Shown piece after piece: positions 37,697-50,910 of a DNA stretch of 64,000 bases. This stretch comes from Eledone cirrhosa (lineage: Eukaryota), in the NCBI GenBank assembly GCA_964016885.1, contig OZ024741.1:220472001-220536000 (forward strand), written 5' to 3'. The translations under genes and the position numbers were made by a program. Each line of letters starts with the position of its first letter. Position 1 is the stretch's first letter. A model generated the notes under the pieces. That model had not been told where the DNA came from. It was given only the letters and a program-made list of their open reading frames with translations, and ran no database searches.

Positions 37697-37700
<4 letters not shown>
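36437..37700. repeat. ~538-bp unit in tandem (1.7 copies) followed by an inverted partial copy
   Basis: Units start at 36437 and 36975. 37338-37700 is rc of ~36580-36943. Bounded by (TA)n. Confidence 0.9.
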
Positions 37701-37732
<32 letters not shown>

Positions 37733-38531
37733 TATTAAAAAAATAATGAATAAACAAAGAAACAATTCCTTATATTAAAAAAATTCATCATTTTAAGATC
37801 GTTTCTAGGATATATGTGTTAGAGTTGGTATGCATATTCTATAGATCTATGTACAATATTTATACAAACTATCAGAGGGAATATACATACCTACACATAT
37901 ATATGCTGTCTTCAGAAATAATGATATTTGTTTATTGATAAGAACAAAGATTCAATACAATAGGTCTGTTTGGGAACAGGTTTTGAATTGACCAATCAGG
38001 AGATATTGAGGGTCAAGATAGTATTATAGTAGTAAGAGAACCTTAAATTATGGGTAGAGGAAGGTATATTTCAGTTTTGGATGGAAAAGAGTATTATGAA
38101 TGAAGGATTATTTTAGGGAAGAAATAGGTCATATGCTGACCTCAGAAATAATTTTATTTGTTCATTGAATAAAACCAACAAAGATCTAATATATTCTGTC
38201 TGTTTGGTAAGAGGTTTAGAATTAACCAATAGAAAGTTAATAATTGGCCAAATGGTAAAATAGTAGTAATTGAAGCTTAGGTGGTCAGTAAAAGGTATAA
38301 AAGCAGTTGCTGTTATAAAATAGTAATGCCAATACAAATATCTAAGGTGACCAAAGTTTTAAGATAAGAATGTTAGTGAAAAAATACATGTATGAAAAGG
38401 ATATAAAATTAATTTAATTGATGGGTATATTTATATTGATAAAATTATACTAATACATATAGATATGATAAATAAGAGTTAGATGCAGATGAAAAGTGCT
38501 GTTAAAGATGAGGGGGGATTAAAAGAATATA

Positions 38532-38604
<73 letters not shown>

Positions 38605-38631
38605 CCCACATATATATATACACATACATAT

Positions 38632-38682
<51 letters not shown>

Positions 38683-38783
38683 TACACCCATATACACATA
38701 TATATAGATACATGTACATATATATACACATACACACATACACACATATATATATATATACATATACATACACACATATACAC

Positions 38784-38814
<31 letters not shown>

Positions 38815-39305
38815 CACATACATACACACATACATACATACACACATATATACACACACATACACACTTATATATGCATATAATTATTAGGGGGGGGGGG
38901 GGGATTGAAATTATTAGTGGGAAATAGTAAATATATATAGATTTCAAGGAACATAGAGTCATAACCTGAAGTTAAAGCATTATATATGTTTACTTAATGG
39001 TATCAGTTTTAGGAAATGATATTTGTAAGAAGGAAAGCCAAATTATGTAGTTCATCAGTAGTAGAATATTAATTATAGGTTAACTAAATTAAAAATAGTT
39101 TATATATTAATTTCTAAAGTGTATATTAATTAGGTTTATAATATTTAAAGCAGAATTATGTAATTCATCAGTAGTAGAATATTAATTATAGGTTAACTAA
39201 AATTAAAAATAATTTATATATTAATTTCTAAAGTGTATATTAATTAGGTTTATAATATTTAAAGGTTTTTCTCAGTTCATGATTACACGATATTATTAAT
39301 TCCTG

Positions 39306-39927
39306 TCACTTATTTAATAGGATATCCTTAGATTTTATTATTTCGAAAAGTTCTTGGGAACATAATCTACATTCATTTCTACTATTTTGATAAGGGGTGG
39401 CCCTTTTGAGCACACTCCAGGTCAGGTCATATTCTATATTTCTCTTTCTATAACTATTAATTATTTCAGCTAGAGATGTTGTATTAGCTAGTGCGGCATT
39501 TTTAAAACTATGTTTGTGGGTATTAAATCTTACCTTAAAATTGTTAGAGGTAGCTCCTATATATGAATAAATAGAGTCCTTAGTGTTAACTTTACATTTA
39601 TATATTATGTTATTAACAAGGCAATTTCCTTTTAATGGACAGTTTGCCTTGTTTCTACAGTTACAACTTTTCGTGAATCCTGTATAATAGGAGATATTAT
39701 GGTTAGTTTGATGTACTGGTGGTATACTCATGGTTTTTTTTACATTTATATGCATTATAGGCACTTATATTTTGTTTTATGTTTTTGGTTGTTGAGTAGG
39801 AGAATTTAACCGTTGATCTATTTAAGATTTGATGGTATTTGTGGTTTGGCGGGAAGTTTTTCTCTAGGATATTAAAGAATTTTTTAGGTATATTATCCTT
39901 AATTTGTAAATTAAATGCAAATATCAA
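39306..39927 (-). pseudogene. PLE linker Zn-finger + GIY-YIG endonuclease (frameshifted copy)
   Basis: ORFs 39703-39927 and 39306-39764, with an extra A in a poly-A run relative to the 41127 copy. Confidence 0.85.
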
Positions 39928-40751
39928 GGCTTTGTTCAGGAGTATAGGTGATATAGAAGAATAATAATTATCTATATCAAATTGTAGAAATGAAGCAGAG
40001 GATTTATATCTAATATTATTAAACCAGTTAATTACCTGGGATGTGTTTTCCTAGAGTGGTAAATTAACATGTTTTCTTGTTGTGGGATGACTCTATCTAA
40101 ACATTTTTTACTAATTATTCCACTATCAGATTTGGAAGGGCATATAAGCCTTATAGAAGGATTAGAGTTAAAGTTAGATTTATGATCTTTCAGGTTGAAG
40201 TGTGGTCTTTTCAATGCCAAAGGTTCAGTTCTATCTTCAATATTAAGTCTATTCACTATGCTGTGTGTTTTGTTGTTGATGTTGGTAAGTGACGCATTAT
40301 TTGTTTTTCTATAATTTTTCCTGAGTTCTTTATATATGAACTCATTGTAATTTTCAATATCCATGTGATATAGGTTTCCAGTTTTGTCCGAGTGGACATG
40401 GATTTTTTTAGATTTTTTTAGGTCCAATAGGGTAGAATCAAGGTCCTTTTGAAAATTAGATTTATACCCCTTAAATTTGAGGTGTTTGATTAAATTAAAA
40501 AGGTCTTTCTCAAAGTTTTCAAGTAAGGAGTTGTGTGGTGGATTTTTATATGTAGTGAAATCATACAGATATTTCCTATCAGTACATTTTGATTTTTTAT
40601 CGAAGTGGTAGGCCCTCCATCTGATTCTTCTGATAAATTGGTTGGATTTTTGTATCATAAGAAGTAAGAAATCATCCTTAGAAGGTAATGGTATATTCTT
40701 TAAAGAAGTTCCCAAGTATTGTTTTTCCATTGTGATATGGATAATGGACAA
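39918..40751 (-). pseudogene. PLE ORF N-terminus and start of RT, fused by deletion to the endonuclease region
   Basis: MEKQYLGTSLKNIPLPS, RRIRWRA, HSDKTGN, LKDHKSNF..RLICP, then WFNN..LQFDIDNYYSSIS. The RT core (DD motif) is absent. Confidence 0.85.
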
Positions 40752-41126
40752 GAAAATGAGCTCAACTATTTGTATATGGTGTTATAAAGTTATACACATA
40801 TATGTATATATATATAAATTTACATACACATACAATACAGAAATAAGAATATCCCCGAGAAAATAGGAGCAAAGTATGTAGATAAATCTACCAAAAGTTT
40901 ACGGTAGTGTCCAATGCGTATGAAGAACTCAATGTAATCCGGATATCATGAAAAAAGAAGATGCATTCAAAAACTACTTTCGGTGAAAAATAAACGGAAA
41001 ACAGAGTCAAGATAAATTATTAAAAAAATAATGAATAAACAAAGAAACAATTCCTTATATTAAAAAAATAATAAAACTCCTAATAAACAAGCTAAAACAC
41101 CTAAATCAATAAATCTAACTAAAAAT

Positions 41127-41849
41127 GTGTGTGGAGAGGTTATTAACAATAATTCTCTTAATAAACATCAGGATGCATCCTATAAAAACAATAAACAACA
41201 TAGAAACCGTAATAGACGAGTTACTTGGTATAATGCTCCATTTAATTTACAAATTAAGGATAATATACCTAAAAAATTCTTTAATATCCTAGAGAAAAAC
41301 TTCCCGCTAAACCACAAATACCATCAAATCTTAAATAGATCAACGGTTAAATTCTCCTACTCAACAACCAAAAACATAAAACAAAATATAAGTGCCTATA
41401 ATGCATATAAATGTAAAAAAACCATGAGTATACCACCAGTACATCAAACTAACCATAATATTTCCTCAGATACAAGATTCACGAAAAGTTGTAACTGTAG
41501 AAACAAGGCAAACTGTCCATTAAAAGGAAATTGCCTTGTTAATAACATAATATATAAATGTAAAGTTAACACTAAGGACTCTATTTATTCATATATAGGA
41601 GCTACCTCTAACAATTTTAAGGTAAGATTTAATACCCACAAACATAGTTTTAAAAATGCCGCACTAGCTAATACAACATCTCTAGCTGAAATAATTAATA
41701 GTTATAGAAAGAGGAATATAGAATATGACCTGACCTGGAGTGTGCTCAAAAGGGCCACCCCTTATCAAAATAGTAGAAATGAATGTAGATTATGTTCCCA
41801 AGAACTTTTCGAAATAATGAAATCTAAGGATATCCTATTAAATAAGTGA
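41127..41849 (+). CDS. C-terminal PLE ORF fragment: linker Zn-finger + GIY-YIG endonuclease
   Basis: VTWYNAPF, VKFSYS, CNCRNKANCPLKGNCL, IIY, YIGAT, FKVRFNTH, CRLCSQE, LLNK. 5'-truncated. Confidence 0.85.
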   Translation: MCGEVINNNSLNKHQDASYKNNKQHRNRNRRVTWYNAPFNLQIKDNIPKKFFNILEKNFPLNHKYHQILNRSTVKFSYSTTKNIKQNISAYNAYKCKKTMSIPPVHQTNHNISSDTRFTKSCNCRNKANCPLKGNCLVNNIIYKCKVNTKDSIYSYIGATSNNFKVRFNTHKHSFKNAALANTTSLAEIINSYRKRNIEYDLTWSVLKRATPYQNSRNECRLCSQELFEIMKSKDILLNK

Positions 41850-41889
41850 CAGGAATTAATAATATCGTGTAATCATAAACTGAGAAAAA

Positions 41890-42410
41890 CCTTTAAATAT
41901 TATAAACCTAATTAATATACACTTTAGAAATTAATATATAAATTATTTTTAATTTAGTTAACCTATAATTAATATTCTACTACTGATGAAGTACATAATT
42001 CTGCTTTAAATATTATAAACCTAATTAATATACACTTTAGAAATTAATATATAAACTATTTTTAATTTAGTTAACCTATAATTAATATTCTACTACTGAT
42101 GAACTACATAATTTGGCTTTCCTTCTTACAAATATCATTTCCTAAAACTGATACCATTAAGTAAACATATATAATTATTTTTAATTTAGTTAACCTATAA
42201 TTAATATTCTACTACTGATGAACTACATAATTCTGCTTTAAATATTATAAACCTAATTAATATACACTTTAGAAATTAATATATAAACTATTTTTAATTT
42301 AGTTAACCTATAATTAATATTCTACTACTGATGAACTACATAATTTGGCTTTCCTTCTTACAAATATCATTTCCTAAAACTGATACCATTAAGTAAACAT
42401 ATATAATGCT
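41890..42410 (+). repeat. Tandem repeats (~115-bp units and partial duplications) in the PLE 3' UTR
   Basis: TTTAGTTAACCTATAATTAATATTCTACTACTGATGAA occurs four times here but twice in the mirror arm (39050-39260). Confidence 0.85.
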
Positions 42411-42705
42411 TTAACTTCAGGTTATGACTCTATGTTCCTTGAAATCTATATATATTTACTATTTCCCACTAATAATTTTAATCCACCCCCTCCCCAATAA
42501 TTATATGCATATATAAGTGTGTATGTGTGTGTATATATGTGTGTATGTATGTATGTGTGTATGTACGTGTGTGTGTATATATATATATATATATATGTGT
42601 ATATGTGTGTATATATATGTATATATATATATATGTGTGTGTATGTGTGTGTGTGTATATATATGTACATGTATCTATATATATATGTGTATATGGGTGT
42701 ATATA

Positions 42706-42774
<69 letters not shown>

Positions 42775-42805
42775 ATGTGTATATGTATTTGTATATATAT
42801 ATGTG

Positions 42806-42846
<41 letters not shown>

Positions 42847-42875
42847 ATGTGTATATGTATTTGTATATATATGTG

Positions 42876-42910
<35 letters not shown>

Positions 42911-43540
42911 TTTATATTCTTTTAATCCCCCCTCATCTTTAACAGCATTTTTCAACTGCATCTAACTCTTATTTATAATATCTATATGTATTAGTATAAT
43001 TTTATCAATATAAATATACCCATCAATTAAATTAATTTTATATTCTTTTCATAGATGTATTTTTTCACTAACATTCTTATCTTAAAACTTTGGTCACCTT
43101 AGATATTTGTATTGGCATTACTATTTTATAACAGCAACTGCTTGTATACCTTTTACTGACCACCTGACCTAGTTTCACCCCTAAAATAAGCTTCAATTAC
43201 TACTATTTTACCATTTGGCCAATTATTAACTTTCTATTGGTTAATTCTAAACCTCTTACCAAACAGACAGAATATATTAGATCTTTGTTGGTTTTATTCA
43301 ATGAACAAATAAAATTATTTCTGAGGTCAGCATATGACCTATTTCTTCCCTAAAATAATCCTTCATTCATAATACTCTTTTCCATCCAAAACTGAAATAT
43401 ACCTTCCTCTACCCATAATTTAAGGTTCTCTTACTACTATAATACTATCTTGACCCTCAATATCTCCTGATTGGTCAATTCAAAACCTGTTCCCAAACAG
43501 ACCTATTGTATTGAATCATTGTTCTTATCAATAAACAAAT

Positions 43541-43683
43541 ATCATTATTTCTGAAGACAGCATATATATGTGTAGGTATGTATATTCCCTCTGATAGTTT
43601 GTATAAATATTGTACATAGATCTATAGAATATGCATACCAACTCTAACACATATATATCCTAGAAACGATCATAAAATGATGA
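43541..43683 (+). ncRNA. Hammerhead-like motif with a ~105-nt stem II (mirror copy at ~37786-37926)
   Basis: TCATTATTT-CTGAAGA-[long]-GAAAC-GATC-ATA-AAATGATGA. Confidence 0.6.
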
Positions 43684-43873
43684 ATTTTTTAATATAAGGA
43701 ATTGTTTCTTTGTTTATTCATTATTTTTTTAATAATTTATCTTGGTCTCTGTTTTCCGTTTATTTTTCACCGAAAGTAGTTTTTGAATGCATCTTCTCTT
43801 TTCATGATATCCGGATTACATTGAGTTCTTCATACGGATTGGACACTACCGTAAACTTTTGGTAGATTTATCT

Positions 43874-43920
<47 letters not shown>

Positions 43921-43941
43921 AATATATATATATATATACAA

Positions 43942-43998
<57 letters not shown>

Positions 43999-44174
43999 AA
44001 TATATATATATATACAAATATATATATATATATATATATACATATTTGTATATATATATATATATATTTGTATATATATATATATATTTGTATATATATA
44101 TATTTATATATTTGTATATCTATATATATATCTATGTATATATATATTTGTATATATCTATGTATATATATATT

Positions 44175-44248
<74 letters not shown>

Positions 44249-44383
44249 TATATACATAGATATATATATAGATATACAAATATATAGATATATATATATA
44301 CACAAATATATATATATATACAAATATATATATATATATATACAAATATGTATATATATATATATATAAATATATATATATAT

Positions 44384-44419
<36 letters not shown>

Positions 44420-44487
44420 GAATATATATATATACATACAAATATATATGTGTATACAAATATATATATATACAATTATATATATAT

Positions 44488-44536
<49 letters not shown>

Positions 44537-44580
44537 AATATATATATGTATATATATATATATACAAATATATATATATA

Positions 44581-44695
44581 CAAGTTGAAAAAAATGAAAA
44601 CGAAATTTCATTTCTCACTCTTAGTATGGCACTTACTTAAATGTAAGTATGTATGTATACGTACATACATATATGTATACAGACGTACAGTAGCA

Positions 44696-44776
<81 letters not shown>

Positions 44777-45296
44777 GCATACAGGTACACATACATATAT
44801 GCACGCATCAGTTTAGCCGACGTTTATTATAACACAGCTTTGTTCGCTTGTTTGTCAACAAACAGAACAGCCTGAATTTATGCCATACGGTGTTAAGGCA
44901 ACCACGTCACCTTTTTGTTCAACACTGACACAGGAACGATGTAATGAAATTTCGTTTTCATTTTTTTCAACTTGTCGTTTTCGGTATGCCTGACCGATTT
45001 AACTCACTCAATATGCAAATTAGGCTGCTCAGCCGTTAATTTTCATAAGGAAAGTATATACTTTCGAACGTTCAACTATCTGGCAGATGGGTAAACGGTG
45101 CTAATGATAGCTAACAAGCTTGAAACTAGTACATCGTTCCTGTGTCAGTGTTGAACAAAAAGGTGACGTGGTTGCCTTAACACCGTATGGCATAAATTCA
45201 GGCTGTTCTGTTTGTTGACAAACAAGCGAACAAAGCTGTGTTATAATAAACGTCGGCTAAACTGATGCGTGCATATATGTATGTGTACCTGTATGC

Positions 45297-45349
<53 letters not shown>

Positions 45350-45786
45350 TGCTACTGTACGTCTGTATACATATATGTATGTACGTATACATACATACTT
45401 ACATTTAAGTAAGTGCCATACTAAGAGTGAGAAATGAGATTTCGTTTTCATTTTTTTCAACTTGTCGTTTTCGGTATGCCTGACCGATTTAACTCACTCA
45501 ATATGCAAACTAGGCTGCTCAGCCGTTAATTTTCATAAGGAAAGTATATACTTTCGAACGTTCAACTATCTGGCAGATGGGTAAACGGTGCTAATGATAG
45601 CTAACAAGCTTGAAACTAGTACATCGTTCCTGTGTCAGTGTTGAACAAAAAGGTGACGTGGTTGCCTTAACACCGTATGGCATAAATTCAGGCTGTTCTG
45701 TTTGTTGACAAACAAGCGAACAAAGCTGTGTTATAATAAACGTCGGCTAAACTGATGCGTGCATATATGTATGTGTACCTGTATGC

Positions 45787-45845
<59 letters not shown>

Positions 45846-45900
45846 TGCTACTGTACGTCTGTATACATATATGTATGTACGTATACATACATACTTACAT
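44581..45900 (+). mobile_element. Family B: inverted partial copy plus two tandem 490-bp hammerhead-containing units
   Basis: AACGGTG-CTAATGA-TAGCTAACAAGCTT-GAAAC-TA-GTA-CATCGTT at 45094-45138 and 45584-45628. 44581-44943 is rc of ~45130-45464. Confidence 0.85.
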
Positions 45901-46505
45901 ATATATATACAAATATATATATATATATACAAATATATATATACAAATATATATATACAAATATATATATATATACAAATATATATACATATACAAATAT
46001 ATATATATATATATAAAATATATATATATACAAATATATATATATATGCAAATATATATATATATACACACAAATATATATATATATATACATAGAAATA
46101 TATATATATAAACAAATATATATATGTAGTGAAATCATACAGATATATATGTATACAAATATATATATGTACAAATATATATATATATATACAAATATAT
46201 ATATATACAAATATATATATGTACAAATATATATATATATATACAAATATATATATATACAAATATATATATACAAATATATATATATATACAAATATAT
46301 ATACATATACAAATATATATATATATATAAAATATATATATATACAAATATATATATGCAAATATATATATATATACACACAAATATATATATATATACA
46401 TAGAAATATATATATATAAACAAATTTATATATATATATACACATTTATATATATATACAAATATATATATATATATACAAATGTATATATATATATATA
46501 CAAAT

Positions 46506-46553
<48 letters not shown>

Positions 46554-47051
46554 ATTAGCGAGAATCGTATTTCAGCTCAGGAATTAACGAAAAACAACTT
46601 CCGAGATGTGTGCACGCGCTCGATGATTCATATGAATCAGAGCAGCAACAACATACGTTAAGGGCCAAACACACTGAGATGGTGGTTAAACAAATCATCC
46701 GCACAGCCCCAAAAAACGACCAAGTAATTCGGGTCAAACAATAAAATTATATGTGATTGAAAATTTACCCGGACCCCTGGAGGTTGGTAAAATCCAGTAT
46801 TTGGGTTTCTGCGACTCCATAAATCAAGTACTGTCCGCTTACATAAAGAATGTTAGGCTTCTGGTAAGATGATTGAACAAGGAAGCCGTGTTATCAACGG
46901 GTTTTTGCTCCAAATGCTATACATAAGTGTGACTATTACTGACCCCACGTGGAGTTCAGCAAGGGAGGCAACACTTATATTAGGCGAATGAATTCAGTTG
47001 TGTATAATATTGTTAGAATGCAAAATATCATATATACATATATATATATAT

Positions 47052-47145
47052 TTATTAGTTAATCAAAACAAGACCACAAATTTTACAAGGAAGACATTAT
47101 TAAAAGATTGTCAACATAGTTTTAGTTTTATGTAAGGAATGTAGA

Positions 47146-47206
<61 letters not shown>
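47052..47206 (+). mobile_element. Family C short copy with an expanded (AAT)n
   Basis: ATTAGTTAATCAAAACAAGACC...GGAATGTAGAG(AAT)n. Confidence 0.85.
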
Positions 47207-47208
<2 letters not shown>

Positions 47209-47458
47209 TTTCATTTATTGGCCACAAGGGCCGACATATAGGGGACAACACAATAGACAGGGACAGTGGGGGTTTACATAGAGATCGAGTAAGTATAAAT
47301 AACAAAAAACAAAATAACAATAAAAATACAACAATGAAAGTTCCCCAATAAGAGGGATCACCACCCAGGGTTGACTCAAGCACCCCACCAGTTCTGAGCC
47401 ACCCGACGCTCCTAGGGCACCCGGGAAGGGCACCCCTCTCCTTCTCGAATTCACCAGC

Positions 47459-50400
47459 CTACAGGCGCATGATCAGAGTAGGCCCACTCACGCGGGCCAT
47501 TCTCGCCACATTCACCCACCTTTCAGTAAATGTACTGGGGGGCAGCACTTCTCTCTCCACCCTCACCTTCCTTTCCAAGTGAAACTTGAAGAAGTTGATG
47601 AGGGATTGGCCGACGAGAAAAGTGTCTGTCTTCAGTCCTTTCAACCTGGTCCACCATGCAACCTCTTTCGCTACTGCCACCAGGCAGAGGAAAATTGCCT
47701 GCCCTTCCTGACCAAAAGAAGGCGGCGGGTCAATCTTCACTATGGACTCGGACGATAGCCGGATCCGTTCTACACGCGACAATAGCTGTTCGACATAACC
47801 CCACAAGTCAGCAATGCACGGACACTGGACGAGTGCGTGCAGAACGGTTTCGTCGCTCTGCGCGCATCTCGGGCAGGTTCGTCTGACAGCACTTCCGTGC
47901 CTGTAGAGTTTATCCCGAACCGGCAGCGCCCCCCGGTAGCACTGCCAAGCGAGGGATTTCTGGAAGTTATCCATCGTCCCCGGCTCGAAAGTCCTCCGGA
48001 ACATACTGGTCAGTTCTACTTCGTTGACGCCCAGAGCCTCTCCTAGTACGTCATCGCACTTGCCCTCCACTAATCCTCTATAGAAATCTTGAGTGGAAGT
48101 TCCACTGACCGCATTGCCCACCTTGCAGAGTGCAGTGAGCGCCTGGCAACATTCCAGATGCCAGTCGCCCAGTCTCGGTCTCTTCTTGACCCAGGACTGC
48201 AGCTCAGTCAAAGAGATGAGCTGCGGAAAGGCCCGTCTAACAAACGGCGACCACACCTGTTCACCGTTTAGGCAAAATATCTGGAGATGTCGCAGCCTCA
48301 GCGCATGTCTGCGCATCATTAGCCACGGCATGTCCAGCCCTCCACGAAGAGGGTGCTGGCAGCAGATGGACCGCCTCACCAACGGGACCCGTCCCCTCCA
48401 CAAAAATTTGAAAAGGAGCCGTTCCAAATTGGCAAGGCGTGGACGGGGGCAAGGCACGACGGTCAGGCGGTAGTAGATGACGGACGCGATGTACGCGTTC
48501 GCCACCTCCGCCCGCCCTTTCAGTGATAGCTTTCTCTCAGCCCATTTCTGGGTGAGGTTGGTTATCCTGCTCGTCACCTCGTCCCAATTCTTATCCACCT
48601 GGAGGTCTGGTCCGAACCAAACCCCGAGCAACTTTACCGGTCCGTCTGTCCAGCGCCCAACGACGCTGTTGGACGGCATGGACTTGCCTCTCCAGGTGCC
48701 GAGCTGCAAGCCCACCGACTTTTCCGGGTTAAGTTTTGCTCCCGTCAACCTTTCATATTCCTCCAAATGGGTGCGGATCACCTCGATTTCCGAGGTGTCC
48801 GACACCATCACGGTGATGTCGTCCGCGTAAGCGGACGCAGCCTTTCTACGTCCCGGTTCGAGCGGGATGCCCTGCAACAACTCCAGCTTCCGCAGTAGAG
48901 GCTCAAGAGTCAATACGTACAGAAGTGAGGAGAGAGGGCACCCTTGACGGACCGATCGAGAGATCTGAAACGGTTCTGAGAGGTGGCCATTAACTTTGAC
49001 CACCGAGCAGATGCCGCTGTACATTGCAGCGATCCAGCTTCTGAAGACGGGGCCGAAGCCAGCCGCCTCGAGGACAGCCTCCAAGTACCGATGGTCGACC
49101 CTATCGAATGCTTTCGATTGATCTAAATTGATCAGAGCCCCACCGAAGCCAGGTTTGCACCCAACCCTCTCTATGATGTATCGCATGAGGTGGAGGTTGT
49201 CGTGTATGGACCTGGTCGGGATTGCGCAAGTTTGCGCCTCCCCAACCAAATCCTTGACGACAAGCGCCAACCTTTTCGCTAACACCTTGGCCAAAATCTT
49301 AAACTCTGTGTTGAGCAGGGTTATGGGCCTGAAATTATCTAGTGTGTCCCTCTTGTTCTCGTCTTTCCTTATCAGCGTCACTACGCCACGGCTCACAGAA
49401 CTGGGAATGCTCCCGTTCTGCTGCCAGTTGCAGTAGAGCGCTTCGAGGAGATCGGAGAACAAGTCTGGCATATTTACGTAAAGCTCGTAGGGCAGACCAT
49501 CCAAACCGGGTGACTTGCGACTCTAGCAGCCGACAAGGGCGTCCTGAATTTCGACTGATGTTATCGGCTCTTCGCAGCGCTCAGCGTCGGCCGTCGAGAG
49601 GCGTGGCAAGCCGTCGAGGTAGGGACTGAAGTCCGCCGCCGTCTCCGACTCACCCATCCTCCCGAACAATCGAGCAAAGTGCTGGCGAAAGGCCTCACAC
49701 ATCTGCTTGGAATCGCTCAGTTCGTGTCCATCTCGATCCGTCAAAGACCGAATTGTGGTTTTATTTCCACGCTGCGTCTCTGCAAAGCGAGCCCATCGGG
49801 CAGCTTTGGTTCCCTCGTTCCCCAGAGCACGCGCCTTAGCTCTGACAATGCAACCTTCGTGTTTCGCATTGAAGAAATGGTCTAGTGCCATTCTCGCCGC
49901 TAGCACGTCTGTTGCAATGCCACTACAAATAGCCTCGTCTAACTTAGCTATCAGCCCCTCCTCCTTTCTATTTTTCTCTATTGCTACTTCTTTGCTAAAT
50001 CCTATCGAGGTTGCTCTAATCTCTCTTTTGAGTGCCCCCCACCACCTGTTGTTGACAACCCCCCCCCCTGTCAACTTTTGCTTAACTAAGTTGTTGACCC
50101 GGTCCCTGTAAGCTTTACGTGCCGGAAACGACATGTTTAGCTTCCAGTAGCTAGGTCCTAACCTACGTGTCTTATCTAGGTCGACCATACAGATCACAAG
50201 CTTGTGATCTGAATAGGCAACCGTTTTAAAATGTGGACATCCTACACTATTTCTATCTCTTTTCCTAATGAAAATCCTATCTATGTACGATCTAGATGAC
50301 CCTATGCGATTGGTCCAGGTCCATACTGGCGCATTAGGGAAATCTAGTCGGTACCTGTCAGACAGTTGAAACTGGCTGATCAGGTACTTGAGGCTTTTGC

Positions 50401-50881
50401 ACCCCCCGCTCCTATCAGATACTCCCACACAATCCCAGCGTGCTTCTAAGATGCCATTCCAATCCCCTATTAACAGTAAAGGGCGAGACGTAAGCAGAAA
50501 GTTTTCCAGGCGCCTAAAGAAGTCCGGCCGACCGGCCCCAGTAGGGGCGTAGACGGCCACCAGTCTAAAGGCACCACCTTCGCTATTGCTCACGTCCAGG
50601 ACCACCAACTTTCCGTCAGGATCCCGGAAGATTGACCTTACCTCGAGATCCAGACATTTCCTAAACAGCACAGCCACTCCACCTCCCATTCCCGGCCGAC
50701 TAACAGATGCAAAGATCTGATAATCGTCGAAAATCGGCGCCAGTGCGCGTGTGTCGGAAATTCTGGTCTCGCTGATGGCAATTACATCCATTCCTAGTGA
50801 CCTGAGGTCGTTGAGCAAGTGACCTTGCTTCCAGGGCGACCCCAGGCCACGAACATTTAAACTTCCTACTCTTATGGCCAT
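47459..50881 (-). CDS. ORF2 APE endonuclease + reverse transcriptase + CCHC (~1140 codons), interrupted by one in-frame TAG at 49523-49525
   Basis: SLNVRGL, ISET, VYAP, GDWN, IDRIF, SDH; GC*SRKSPGLDGLP; FRPITLLN, LDQSKAFDRV, VRQGCPLS, AYADD; CPRC..ETVLHALVQC. The two listed ORFs are in the same frame, 18 nt apart. Confidence 0.93.
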
Positions 50882-50910
50882 GCTGGCAGGATGAATGGGA
50901 GAGGAAAGGT

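Larger units (their letters stand above)
37729..43877. mobile_element. Penelope-like (Naiad-type) element complex forming a ~6 kb inverted repeat
   Basis: 37729-39917 is rc of ~41240-43740, and 40878-41070 is rc of ~43685-43877. Motifs: N-terminal SLKNIP, SDKTGN, LQFDIDNYYSSI, CNCRNKANCPLKGNC linker, IIY...YIG GIY-YIG. Flanked by (TA)n. Confidence 0.9.

Noticed and set aside
41487-41535. Selenocysteine codons in the Naiad linker zinc finger
   Set aside because: All four cysteines are encoded by TGT/TGC, here and in the 61.3 kb copy.
41980-42340. Repeated CTGATGAA in the Naiad 3' UTR repeats
   Set aside because: No stem II closure, GAAA or stem I complement found at a suitable distance.
46550-46980. 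Moderately GC-rich island as a possible exon
   Set aside because: Only short open frames, no recognisable motif and no convincing splice pair.
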